This document shows positions 1 through 13,800 of a stretch of DNA of 64,000 bases, piece after piece. Under the pieces are notes generated by a model. That model had not been told where the DNA came from. It was given only the letters and a program-made list of their open reading frames with translations, and made no database searches. Positions within the stretch are counted from its first letter, which is position 1. The number at the start of each line of letters is the position of its first letter. Both the position numbers and the translations under genes were made by a program. The DNA is from Strigamia acuminata (taxonomy: Eukaryota), in assembly GCA_949358305.1 (NCBI GenBank), contig OX442314.1, forward strand, positions 19,034,001 through 19,098,000. Reading direction: 5' to 3'.

Positions 1-713
1 CGACTTTAATCTAACTCCAATCTATGTTGTTTGTTTTATTGAATTGTTCCGAAATTCTAAAGAAGAAAAATAAAATCTCCTTCGAAGCTATAAAGCGTTT
101 AATTCGCACATAAACGAAAACACGCGATAAACATGCAGTGACATTTTTAGCCAGCAGTCTGATTTGCGGTTGTAGCATTAAAAGTGTTTCAAAAGTTAAG
201 CATGAGATCTCTGTGGAAACACAATAGCATTTAGTTGGCGCACGAGACCCTGGTTTGAGTAAATTTGCCCATTTAGACGTTCGTTTGTGAACAAAAGTGG
301 CATTTCAAAACAAGCGCACGAAGAAACAAACCCAGGCCAGGATGATTGTCATTCCGTTTAATGATTGCATTACACCCGACTACATGAATCTACAGCTCAA
401 TAATTCGTTTGGAGAAAGTTATCAAAAACTTTTTTCTTTGTGTAATTAAATTTCTTCTTGTTAGAAAAAAAGAAATTGCAATTACATAAACTTAATCATT
501 CGGTTTTGGTGGGTGAATGAACTCTTTCATCGTTTTCTCTTTTAATTCGCCAGAAGCGAAGAGAACGAACGACTCGCTCTAATAAAACTAAAAGCTTCAA
601 ATGACAATTGCAAATTTAATTCGTTTGTCGTATCCCGCCTCTACCTCCCCCATAAAAATTACAATTCTGTAAATATACCCAAGAACAGGTTTCTAGCCCA
701 TCTCTCATCAACG

Positions 714-727
714 GTTGCCATAGCGAC
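714..727. promoter_or_regulatory. Candidate RFX X-box GTTGCCATAGCGAC
   Basis: Close match to the 14-bp X-box; motif match only. Confidence 0.35.
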
Positions 728-3700
728 CCCAATTGGCGGTTGCAGTGGCATCACAAAGAATCAGCAATTCCCTTTAGACACCGAAGAGGCCCGCACTTCA
801 TCATTACTAAGGCAGGGCTTTAAATCAAGACAACAGGATTCACGATTCAGGATTCAGGCCTCTCTCTGCCTATGGGGTTACGGTCATGGCGAACATACAA
901 TCAAATGTTTCGAGCAATTTCCAGTTCGTACGTGATTGTTAAAAGGTGGGTACAAACGTATCGCACTATCGTTATCACTAGGATAAATATCATAAGGTCA
1001 TAAACCCCGAAAAATTTAATTTAATATTTTGAGAGAAAAAATTTAAGAAATTAAATAATCGTATCGAGTCAACGGAGAAAAGTGTTTCGCGTCAGGTTAC
1101 TTTCTCACTTTTATGCATGAATTGCTTAGATTACAACTCCAGCACCACTGGGGACGATTTCCCGTACAAGCGTGTGATCAATTACGTAATTAAAAATGCA
1201 AAATGCGGGCATTCAATCGTCGGAAACAAGATATTTCCATTCTGTGACTAAATCAAGCCTGAAATACCTTTAGTCTAGTAAAAATCAAACCTTTTACTGA
1301 AATTTCAGCACCGCCATCGTGTTTATTCAAGGAATACCTTTGTTTACCGTTTTTAAATCGATAGATGGATTTGTCACCTCGGTTGCATTTTCCCATATTA
1401 TACCAGCAACTAAAAGCATAGAATCTGGTTCGTAAATAACCGACGAGCAGACAACCGGTCTTGACTAGTGACAGGAGTTGAAACCATTTCGGTTAAAATT
1501 ACTAACTCGACCATTGGCACCCATCTTTGAAGGCCCTTGTGTGATTATATTAAATGATTCATTGACGTCGGTTCAGAGAGTGTAAACAGTTTGAGGCCAA
1601 GTAGGGTCAGGCTTGTGTAGAATATAGTTACATCATTAAAACGCCACCCCACAAGAGGCTTATTTAAAAAACATGAACTGCTACCACCCAAGACTCCACG
1701 TCCCCATCACGGAAAAAAGATATTAAAAATTATAATTTTCGCAATACAACCCGCCTAGTATCCGCATTTATCGCTTGTGCCATCAAACTCACGTGGCCGT
1801 CATCTTGATAAAAGTGCAGTGCACGTTAAGACAACTTTCTCATTAAAAAATAACAAGTTTAAGATATGGTGACGGCAGATTTTTGGCCACAAATAATTCT
1901 CCAGGCGACACAGTAATAGTTTACTTCCTTTTTCGAATCAAGGCTTCGCCGTTGCAGTGGAATTAATAAGAAAATAGGCGCAATTCTCAGATTAAATTGA
2001 GCTCAACTTGTTAATCCGTTCCGATGCCTTTTCTCGAATCGCTCCATCAATTTGACACCAATTTGTTCGAATCGATTTTTCCGAGACGGGAAGACGATTT
2101 TACATAATTTCTAATTATTATTTTTATTTTTGCCTTCTATTTTAATGATCAAAAAGTTTCGGAAAATAAATTTGAGTCAAAATATGAGATTGCATCAATT
2201 TTTTTTATATTCTCTTATTTGAATTAGGATCCCGTGCATTCGCTGTTGATTCTAGTACTCGAGCGGCGTCAGTTGGTGGCAATTAGAAGAGAACCCACTT
2301 CACTTAGTTGCATCAGATAACATACATGCAACTAAAACTCAAATTACTATCGATTGGCAACTAAAAGAAGACAAAAAAAATTATTGCAGCAATGATCAAT
2401 TACTGCAATGGAAAGGTGGACATTTTTTTCACACCTATTTTAATAAATTGACTTATTTTCTCTTCTCTCCCATTTTGCCCACAATTCAATCTCCACTTCC
2501 GGTAATTCGTCCTTTCAGCTTTTCCCCCCATATTTCCAACTGCCAGATAATGCGTTTGATGCACTTTCCCATTAGGCAATAAAACATTTACAATAAAATG
2601 CGTTATTTTATAGTAATAAACGTTGGCTCGAGAATCGGGAGGATTGCAGAATTTCAATTATAGGAAATAGGAGGCCAGACATCCATCAATTCGCAATACG
2701 GCTGAAAAAAAGCAAACCGTCTGGCTTCCAAAAAAATACAAGCCTACGAGTCGAACCGCAGAAACCCGTTTAGTTATTTAGATTTTAAAATTTCCAAGAA
2801 AACCACCCACAGCATACCCATACCCAACTACTAGTCAGATAGCTAAAAGAAACCAATTTGCGTTACATATGTCAGCAACACATTTTAATTTTAAAGATTT
2901 CGTTCTTGGTTGTTGAAAGATTGATACCTAAGTCCATAATGGATTCTAACCATTGCAAAGATTTTCAATAAACAGACCAATTTCCTAATGGTCAATTCGA
3001 AAGTACTGTACCAAATGACCTTTCCACTGATTGCTTCATGTTCAAAAGGAAGAACAAATGGAAAACTCTTTTCTCTGTATTATGTGCCGCTATAGTTTAA
3101 AAAAACAACATTAAAATTACCTTTGCGGTCGAGTTAATTCATAAATATTTTTAAGTTTATGTTGATAATTTATGAAAATAACTCGCTCACATCTTGTTTT
3201 GTTAGCAAATTAATTCCATTCTATTTGATGAGAAACAGAAACTAAGTAAGAATGTCACACACACTATAATATTACTCATTTACAATTTAATTATCTTTAT
3301 TCAGCTAAAGCAAAACAGAATCATCTATGAATACTTATTTTGTAACAAACTTGCACAATAGGCCTAAATAACATTACGCCGAGTCTTTGTACGAAGCCAG
3401 CCGGTAGCAGTAAAATTTTGATACCATAAAAGTATAAAAACCGCACTACAAAGTCGCCAGTGACAGCACACATTAACCACATTGCAACGTAACTTGTGCA
3501 GCTGACAATATAAAAGAATAAACAATCCCAATAGCAAGTAACACCTTACTGACAACACATCCAACAACAAAAAAACCCAGCAAACGTCTGAAACAGCTCC
3601 ACCAAACCAAAAAAAACTTCAAACTGATATTTCATGCGTTTTCGTCTTAGATGTTTGTTATTTCCACCAATTTATGTGTTAAAATACACGAAAAACAACA

Positions 3701-5585
3701 AAAAAACTCATAAAACATCCCTCTGAATGCAGCTACCGTTTTTAAAAGGAGTATAAAAACAAAACTTATACTCGTTGTTAACATTAAATATGACAACACA
3801 ACAATTCCAGCACGTTCCTGCTATAGCCTTTTACACCGGTGACTCCTCGCAACACTCAAGGTCCCGCACAACCCCAGGGTATAAGAAAGAGAAAATACCA
3901 AAATCAAATCGCAGCCATATTTTTAAAACCTACGGTAACCGCTTTTTGCTTTTATTTTTATATCGGCGTCTGTTTTAACATTTACAAAAAGAAATCTTTG
4001 GATTTTTTTCCCCCCAAATCCCACCTGGGTGGCCTGCAGAGGTTTCAGAAAGAGATTCTGACCTTTTTTTCAACCTTAATGCCTTCCCTCGCCCCAGCCT
4101 GATCGCCGGCAATGGGCGATCCGTTTTTAAAAATCGCAAATGCACAAAATGACAGGTGAAGGTCAAACAACCATCTTCGACGCTTCATTGACCTCATTCG
4201 ACTTCAAATCGGTGTCGTAATAATAAAGGAAAACTCTTAAAATAAGGTCAAATAAAAAAATAAAAAATAAAAAAATCACGTCGTTAATTCCCATTAGTTT
4301 TAAGCAAATTACAGAGCAAAGACAGTCCTCGACTACTGTTAGTTCTACCGACTTTGTATCGCTTTTCAAGTGCCATTTCCATTCACTTTCCCCCTTCCCC
4401 CTCGTCGATCGCTTGCCATAATTACAATCACGCAACAATGATCGCCACAATAGACACGTGCGGGTGTTCTGCGAAAACCATCTGCTCTTCAAAATGGCGG
4501 CCGACAACATATACAATTTGGAGAATAAACTCGAATTTCAGCTGACGTCTCGCCGCGCCGACATAAATTAATTCGTTTCCTCGTCCCACATTACTCACGA
4601 AATCAACAATGCGTCGACACAACTGGACGCTATTGTGATAAATGCAGCATTGTAACGAATGATTTGTTACAATCGAGTAACAAACAGATGCATTTTTCAA
4701 TTCTTAATGTCTATTTTTTTCCTTTCCCCATTTCGCTTTTTTTGTGTGAATAAGTTGCGAACGATTTATGTAGACAAGTGCAATGTTACAGAAATCCTGT
4801 GGGAAATAGCGGACATCAAAACTAAGCCTTAAAAAAAAAATGTAAAAATAAAAATGAAAGATGCTACTGGTGTTGCATCGCAATACGGAAATAAAAATAT
4901 TATGACCGTAACAAACTCATAGCTGAACTAACCTTTTAAATTACGCCAAAAAATGTTCAAGTTGTCCGCGAAAAAAAAAATTAATATTAAAAATAAAACA
5001 AAACAAAAAAAATGAAATAAAAAGTAAAATAAAAATTCTTTTTCGGCTTAATATTTTTCTCATTTAAGCAGAACAAGTTCAAGTTTCAACTTTTTACAAC
5101 ACCCATCAATTGTCATTAATGTCCACTACACAATGCAACAAAAATGTTATCCCACCATAATAAAACAAGGTGAAGAGAATGAGAAGTACCAGAAGATGGC
5201 ACACACAAAAAAAAGAAACAAGGAAAAAAAGTCGTCGTTGTTCTCAAATCATAAAAAGTAGCAAATGTATTGTCCAAACGAGGTTCAAATTAAACACTCG
5301 GAAAAAAGTATCACCTCAAAACGACATTTTCACACAACTATCAAATTGTGGGATTTTTAAAAGCCGAGAATTACAGTACAAACCCATCCTATAATTGAAC
5401 CATCCACTTTTATTACACTGCAAACAAAACAAACCCCGGGCTAACATCCGCCATCTTTGTTACCATTTTATCCATTTCAACCTCGAAACGCTTTTCGTCA
5501 TTCCAAACAAAGAGCAAGAAAAAAAAACTTGCACCTCCCTTTGGCCTTTTTTAATTAAAATTTAAACAAAAATCTATCTCATTCT

Positions 5586-5609
5586 AAAAAAAAAAAAAAA
5601 AAAAAAAAA
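5586..5609. repeat. Poly(A) tract, 24 nt (one of many; another at 23772-23793)
   Basis: Uninterrupted A run. Confidence 0.9.
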
Positions 5610-8600
5610 TCAAAATTAATGTTTCACGCATTAAATATGCAGAGAATGACATCACCAGCCACCAGAGGGCCAATGTTCACGGCCCAATGACTTATGATTG
5701 AATCGGTTGAGTAATAGCAGCACCGAGAGAGGGGGGTGCCCATTGTTAATATGCCCTATTGGCGAATAGTAAACTCCCCTCTATATTTATTTTTTACCAA
5801 AACAAAGAAACATCCTATTTCAGTTTCCACCAATTAAATTCACCAGAATTTAAGTGGCGGAATTTTAAATGAAAAGAAAAATATTTCCATATCGCAGTTT
5901 ACTCGTGTTGGAAAATCGTTCTCATGCATTTAACATGGGTCCCTAAACAAAAAAAAATCGAAAAGGGGAAGGTTTTGAGGTTTCTTTATCAGCTTGTTAC
6001 TGGGCGTCGGTTATTTTCTCGCATGTCCTCAACATGTGAAATATCAATAAAGCCCCCAATAGCGAGTCTTCACACTACATATTGTCTATTAATTTTTAAT
6101 AAAAGTTATTTTTGGTGCCAGGTTTAGAGAATAAAACACTTTGCAAGTGCGATTTAGTTGAAATATGTTTCTGGCTTCATTATTGTGTGTCAGTTTCTGC
6201 GTTGTTTCGATGATAAACTCCAGTTTATCGCGCGAGGCCTAAAAATGTTTCCATTTTCCAACGGCCTCTTGATGAACAAACAATTTATATTTGCAGTCCC
6301 GATTTTTTGTTGTAGAATACGGGAGTTCCCCAGGCCACAATAAAGTCAAGGTCGGCATTTATTATCACGTTTAGACCCCCAATCACAGAATAGGTATGAT
6401 TTGAACTATGTCGAAGCCCGAAAATAAGAAAAAACGTACCAAACTCTGCATTTTTTTTAACCTTGAAAACCTGACCAAGAAGTCCACCAGACTGGAAATT
6501 ACCACTTTAGATGAATTTTTTTCTCTCTTAACAGTTAAAAAGAAAACATTTTTTTCCAACAAAAACACAATAAATCTTGTCTTATTATGAATGAAAGAGA
6601 AAACAAAACATCTAAACACTTAAACCCGTTATTTTTTCCTTCTTATTCGGTTTGGAACTGCTCATTTCATTGTTCCCGCATTGAAACGAGCAGTTTGAGC
6701 TAATAAGTCGGATTTAATTCAAAAGCGTGCAACCCCCTATCGACATTATTCACTATTTCTCAGTACGATAATAATCCATCCAATTCCATTACCATTCCTA
6801 TGAGAAAACCAAATTAATTAAACAATTTTAATTAAAAATACATTCCTTTCAATCCATTTTCTCGCAATTTCCCCAAAAAACGAGCAAAACACCGACAAGG
6901 AAACGTCAAACTTTAATTTTTTCCCAGGTCAAACAATTTACCTCCTTTAAAACACGAGGATATTGCTGGTTAAGCTAATACAACAGCATCAAGCCCCACT
7001 TGACTGCTCGCTAAATCCAAGGTAACGACAAACTTTATCCGAGCCTACAACTACTCGGTGAACTGCCGCGCGCACAAAATCCATCTCATCACTCGTTTTA
7101 ATCCACATCACAACAATCCGTTCGAAATATCATCCCGAAAAGAATTTAAAAAAAAAAAAAAACGAAAAACCCCAATAAAAAAAAATTACATTTGCTTATT
7201 CATGAACATGAATCATTTTTTCTAACCCATAAAAATGTATGAAACAAAAAAAATTAAATATTTAAATCCCCACCTAAAAGGTGCTACCGAGAAGACGCAA
7301 AAAAGATAAATCTGCACCTTTAAAGCAAACAAAATCAGCGTGCACCACTGCGGTATAGATTTTATCCCGTCGCGGCACACTTTGCTCGTTCCTTGACCAG
7401 TAGCACTTTTATTTTTTAACCATCCAAAACACAAAGCGCAAAAACGCAAACCATTCATGGGTGGGCCCCACATGCCCCTGTGCTTCTTCCCCTCCCCCTT
7501 CACCTTAACTCACCTCACCCATGATCCGCCATCATGCCGCCCGAGGCAGTTGCGAGCCAGGTTGGTTCAACCAGGCCTAATTACCATAAGGACAATGCAA
7601 ACAAGTAACCAAAAAGTTCTTTCAAAGATCTCCTCACTTCTCCCTTCTGCATTGGACCTTAGTCCCTTGTTTATGGTCCCTTCCCCCTTTTAGGGTCCCT
7701 TTGGGCCTTCTTTTTGCTCTCCGCTATTGAACTGCAGGAACCTCCTCTTCCTTTCTTGCCGAGGTCCTAATGGAAGGTGCCCTAAGCCAAAACGAGCCAA
7801 AAGGTCTTTGGATAGAAGACGTTTGGTAAATAGATCAAATGCAAGATGAATCGTGCGAGGGGTGGTCCCGAGGAAGATGATACACAAAATGGCCGATAGA
7901 AAATAGCAATGGGTGCGGAATTTGGTGATTTTAAAAGGCTATTTGGACGGTGCTTCGCAACGTTTAGAGTAATTTGATACAATTTCCAATCGCCCCTCCG
8001 CGTTTTTCAAGGTAAAGGAATCCATGTTCAAATTGTATTCAATACAGGATGTTTCCGCCACTTTTGACGCTGTTTCAAAGCACTTTGTCGGATCCTGCCT
8101 GCTCTTTCACCGACAGAAAATATTTTCAAAACTATTATCAATTTTTTCTTCTCCTTTTCGAATGTGAATTAAATTCTATATTATCTGCATGCCGAAAGAG
8201 GACGGGAAAAAAATTATCACTAATTTTCATAAATCAATAATTTCTTTTTTTATCTACTCACTTGTACTTAATCAAAAAAAAAAAAACAAAAAAAAAAAAC
8301 TTGATTAATAATTATCTTCATCATGCTAGTAGAAAATAGACAGAAAATTTTTTTTTTTTAAAAAAATTAATTTTATTTCAGTTTGCATCGTTAATCAACC
8401 AAAATCAATATTGGTGATGAAACCTTTCAATGTCTACGGAATTTTATGCCAAAAATTTTGTGTTTACTTAAATTCATGTATTAAAATTGATTGGTTTTTA
8501 AACCATCGGCATGCCAGCATATAAAACTCAACTTTTTAAACACATACTAGCCCATATAAAGATGATTGTGAACAACAATAACAATTTCCCCAAGCAAACT

Positions 8601-9070
8601 CGGTTTCAACTAGTTCTTAATCTAATTACTTTTCCCAAAATAAACCATAAATTCGAGCTCCATTCTTCGCCGAATTCTCATCTCACAGATAATTCCGAGC
8701 GAAATCCACCATTTACTCATCACCCAAACCTTAAATCTTAATTTTTGTACTCGAGTGACCCCTCGGAACCTCGTTACAACGAACACTCAGGTGTCTAGCT
8801 CTTCCAATTTATGAAATCATTAAGGCAAACCACCATAACAAAGCAAAATTCAAATTAACTCAACTCAACATTGCCAACAAGTCTAATAAATAGCGCCCAG
8901 TACTGCCATTACTCTTCGAAACTTAAGCGAGTAAAAAACTTGACACTTGATTAAAGCGAGTTTACCTTTAAACTACATCTCAACAGTTGCAACAACCCCG
9001 TGGAGCCCTTCAAACTCGTGGCAAACTCGAAACACAGCTCCAAACAAATGAAATAAACAACTTTTCTTAC

Positions 9071-9155
9071 CTTCTTTACACTCGATCACTCGTATTCGCA
9101 TTAAATCCAACGCTCCAAGCAGGAGCAGCAACATCACCCCACCAACCGCCGCCAT
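9071..9155 (-). CDS. Putative first coding exon of a host secreted or membrane protein (signal-peptide-like MAAVGGVMLLLLLGALDLMRIRVIECKE, phase-1 intron)
   Basis: GCTATGG start context at 9155; hydrophobic VMLLLLLGAL core; strong donor AAG|GTAAGA after 85 nt; upstream acceptor TTTGTTATTGTTTACAG at 9420 with TTAAC branch-like motif; no ATG in the 264 nt between that acceptor and the start. Downstream exons not identified. Confidence 0.55.
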
Positions 9156-10838
9156 AGCTGAAGCTTGACTGAATTGTTTCCCTCGCCGTGCAGCGCCCTC
9201 TAAACAGGCTCCTCCCTACACGAATAATGAAACCACGTGAGCAATTGTTATTGGTCCAAGCCAGCTTACGTCACTTGATTGTCAGGTGGGGAGTTTTCGA
9301 GTCGAGGGTGAGGGAGAAATGTGCGCAATTGATCCCGCGATGAGCGAGACGAAAAGGTGAGAGTTTTTCGCTTTTTCGATTCCAGTAGTGGATTTCCCTC
9401 CTATTTAGTGTTGCAATGTCTGTAAACAATAACAAATCGTTAATTGCTTTCAACTTACAGCTCCTAAGTGTCACTTTACAACACTAGTTGTGTCCACTTA
9501 TCATTCATTATTTATTTTTAGCACTTTCTTGCGCAGTTGTTATTGCAACTAAATATAATAAACAACAATTGCACGCCCAGCATTGTTTCGAACATCAACA
9601 AACATTTATTACTTTCGACAAGGTAACCGCCGATTTTTACCGTCAATAATTAAAGTTAGGTTAATTCTTAATAAAACGATATACACTTTTAATTAACCCT
9701 ATAAATGGAGCGCTTTAGATTTGAATTTTACAATGTTATGGGTAATAAAATATACAAACTGATAACATTAGGGATTACAAATGAGGTAAAAATAAAACAA
9801 CGGTCAGTTAGCACATTAATCTGCGCATGGATCGTTAAAGACCAAATCTCGAGAGAAACTGACAACAAATTCTCGTTTATCTCAGATGCAAATACAGATA
9901 GAGAATGATTTAAAATATACAACTTTGATTTAATTACTAATTTGTACTTTTAATTATCGATTCGACCGATTCGGTTGAGATTATTTCAATAATAAATAAA
10001 CAAGTCAACATAAAAGCCATTTTATGATTACACAGTTTAAAGACATTTTGCAATTTTCTACTCACTGTTGCACTTATTGGGGGGAAAAAAAATCTCAATA
10101 ATCAGACCTAAACTAATAACACCGTTCGATGATCAAAGCTATACGCCAATAAAATACGCAAGCGCACTTGCCGCCAAACACAAAACGGATCCGCCATGTT
10201 TTTGTCGCTACGCGATAACCAATCTGTGATAATTGGCTTAGGTTTTCTGTTCTGATTTGATTAGGCCTGCAATTTTCTTAATTCTAAGCGAAAACAACCC
10301 ATTTAACAATTTGCAGTACACATCGTCATCAATACACAATTTTTAAATGACTCATCGCTTCTCCCCATCTTAAAAAATGATTAAACAATATTTTGATAAT
10401 TACAAAAAAAAATTAAACAAAAAAATTAAACAAAAATTAAATAAATTTTCAACAAGTTAGAAACTGTTTCGTACATAGAAAATGTGCTGCCGTGCGTGTT
10501 TTGTACGTCTGCTCTAATTAGAATGCAAAATAATGAGTTTTTAAAGCGGCGGAATATCAATTTTCATTATCTGCGAAGAGTTTAAATGCGAAATGTTAAG
10601 CACTTCTCAATATCTCTTTTTTTGAGTTATATCGAACCATTAACAAGACTCAAGCAGAACTCTCCCATTAGTTTTCCAAAGAGTCACCGAAAAGAGGAGA
10701 TATGCAAATGTCGGAAATGATAGCCCCAAGCTTGGGGGTCCATTTCCCATGTAAAAAAGTGAAGGGTGACGTTAGGGCAGGATCCTAGTCATGTGCATTG
10801 TTATGTAAATGACGCCACACGGCCTCAAGGGGATGAAC

Positions 10839-10848
10839 ATGACGTCAT
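10839..10848. promoter_or_regulatory. Palindromic CRE ATGACGTCAT
   Basis: Perfect TGACGTCA, with a second full CRE at 11316-11323 and TGACG half-sites at 10768 and 10810. Confidence 0.35.
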
Positions 10849-13800
10849 AAAGGGCGAATTAAAAAGGACTAATGATGTTTGAGCATGCAAGAATGCCTAA
10901 AGGAATGTTAGCATTTCATTTTGCATTCATTACATGAGTTAATTCGTAGCGGCTCCAATAGTGCCGTTGATGAATGGACAAGAGAACACCATTAACTCTT
11001 TTAACTCACGGCGTCCAATTCCGGAATTCGTGTCACCGATTTTCCGACATTTTCTTTCGCAACTTGTCAATTTTCACGGACACGGCCGCACAGAAATCGG
11101 CGCTCAACGCCAACCCATCAATCAAAACTGCGAATGGAAATAAAACGGTTACATCTAATTATTGTAACAATCCACTGGGGTGTCACAAACAAAGACACAT
11201 CATCTGACTCAACCCCCAACCACATCCAACATTTTCTTTTTTCTCAATCGGGGGAGGAGAACGCAAGGGGGAGTGATTCAATTGTTGATGACATCATGTG
11301 TGAGTATCCCATGACTGACGTCATTGACCAACAACCAAGTAAAGCTGTCAGTCCACCCACACACCCGAAGACAATTTTTACAGCCCCCACCATAGAGGGA
11401 GTGACCAACGCCATAAAATGGAGGCCCCAGGTTGTAAACAGTGATTGTGTACCTTGTACTATTCAGGACACAGGCTGATATATTTATGACAGCAGTTCCA
11501 AGATTGCAACTGTTGTAAACCTACAACAAAAAGAACGCGGGTGACGACAAGGAAATTGGATATCTTTCACTGCACCCAGTTATGACAGTTTAAAACGCGT
11601 CGCTTTTCCAATTAAACAATATACTCCTAAACCCTTTCGACCACAAAAACAAAACTCTACATCTCCCGATTCCATTAAACCTCAATTAGGCCCGACAGAA
11701 TGACTTCACCTTCCCAGTTTCTACAAGCAATATAGACACCCCTACCCTAAACCTAAATTAGCCTTAATAGGGGTCCTTGTTAATAGTCCAGAACCAATGC
11801 TTTTACTACAGCCACTACCCTAAAAACAGCAGATTCTTGATGGACCCTCCGCCTCAGAGAAAGAGGGAGAAAGAGCGAGAAAGAGCGAGGGTGGTGTGGT
11901 GACGGTGGTCCTGCATGAGACGACAGATGGGTTAGCTTTTTACCAGGTGTATAATAAAAAGAATTACCTGTTGGGTCGAGTAATTGGGTCAGCGAACAAT
12001 GTTCACTTGTCTCGTTGCTCATTTCATGCTTGTCAATCATATAATGGCGCAACACAAAAAAGGATGCTCTTTTGTGGCGCTCATACGCGCCAGCATACAT
12101 ATAATAAACCTCCTTCTGGTTTTTAAACTCCTCTACAAGCACTGGAGGGGTTTGGTCTGGTCAGGGTTATTGCAGACTTTGAAGCTTTTCAACAAGGATA
12201 TTGCATTACAAGAACTTCTAAGGATTTTCTTTTAACGAAAAAAAAACGACGACTTAAAAAAACGAAGCAGATTTACCCGGTCACACCTCCAAGAAATATG
12301 ACACTTGCACAAGAAGGTTATAAAAACAGCAAGTTGAAGGGAAAGTATAAAGTATAAGCCTAAAGCAGCTGTACACCATCTGGTATCTATTGGCATCTAT
12401 TGCACGTTTATCTGATGGTGGCACCGTCGCAAAAGGTGCTGATTCAGTGGAAATAGGTACATATTTTGATATGTCCATCTGTTGCCTTTCCGTCTTGTCT
12501 CACCACCCTCGTGATAAGTATCTCTTAGGGTTATTGGTGAAATATTGAGTTAGGCTGTTTGTACATGGAAGTGGTGCACAAGACAAATTTGAGTCAAAGT
12601 CAATGGAGGAGAACTACTCTGACATATTTGTTGCATGTAGGAGAGAGAGAGAGAGATGCACTTCCTGCAAAGCAAAAGTAGAAGAAGTGAGGGGAAGCCA
12701 TACATCTCGGGTTCGCATTCCCGAGAGATTTGAAGAGGCAATTTGTAAGTCAGTGGGTTGTCTACAGTCTGGTTAGTATATGACATTGCAGTTGAAACGG
12801 CGACTCCCTTTGCCAGTTTCTTATCTAGTTAAAAATGTAAGTTATTACGTGAAAGATTTCAAGGATAAGTTGCACTTGCGGATCAACGTTGGTTCGCGAG
12901 AGAGAGAGATCTGCGGGCAAGAGAAATTAGCTAAATATTCATAAGCGCCGCGATTCAGCGTGTATGGGATATGCAGTCGGATTATGTACATTAGATCAAT
13001 TAATATATACATTGCCTAACTCAATGTGCATATTTTAATAGCATTACCTGGAATTTCAGAATAAACATGAAACTTGTAATGCATTTTTAAACTATCACTT
13101 ATCGGCCGTATATTTGTGTAGCAATGCAAGGCATTCGAGACTCTTAGAAGATTTACTATTCCCGTCTTTAGAAGTCTGAAGGCATTTGATTTTAAATGTC
13201 TCATCGGGAGTTATTTAAACAAGATTCAATCAATAATGAATGCGATTGTATGAAAATGTTTGACATCATAAACCGGATTTTTTTTTTTTTTTTTAAATTT
13301 ATAAGGAAATTATGTAATTAAAAAAACATGTTATGGACCTTCAGTGTTTGAGGCTTTGGCCATAAATCAATTAATTTTTTTTATATAAATTCCACGACGT
13401 TATAATATTTATTATATATATAAAAAACAAAGAATCCACTAATTCTAATTCAAACCACATGAGAAAATCCCAATACACGTCTACCCATCTGTTCCCAAGC
13501 CAGCATGTCACCAGCATGTCCCACAGTCTTCTCCTACAGCTCACATGCAACAATCCAAATGACCAGAAGCCTGTCTGATTGAGATTACCATCAGACCTAG
13601 GGGTCTTTCCAGCTCTAGAGGGGGGTCTAAAGGGGGTGAGAAGACCTCCTGAGCAATTAGCAAGGTTGTACGATCTCATCGAAAAACAGGAAATGAACCC
13701 ACACAATTTTAAGTTAAAAATAGGCCTATCCATAAAAACCCAACCTTAGAACAAAAGCAGGAAAAAAAAAATAAAAAAAAAAAAAAACAGGTTTTTTCCT

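Noticed and set aside
4491..4500. YY1/Pho-like AAAATGGCGG, with similar motifs near 41344 and 45720
   Set aside because: Short motif that also occurs inside MITEs; not enough to call promoters.
8766..8784. GAACCTCGTTACAACGAAC, similar to the family A TIR
   Set aside because: Isolated 19-bp fragment with no partner end or TA flank.
9420..9458. Minus-strand GTAAGT at 9458 paired with the 9420 acceptor
   Set aside because: It would make a 39-nt intron, shorter than usual for animals.
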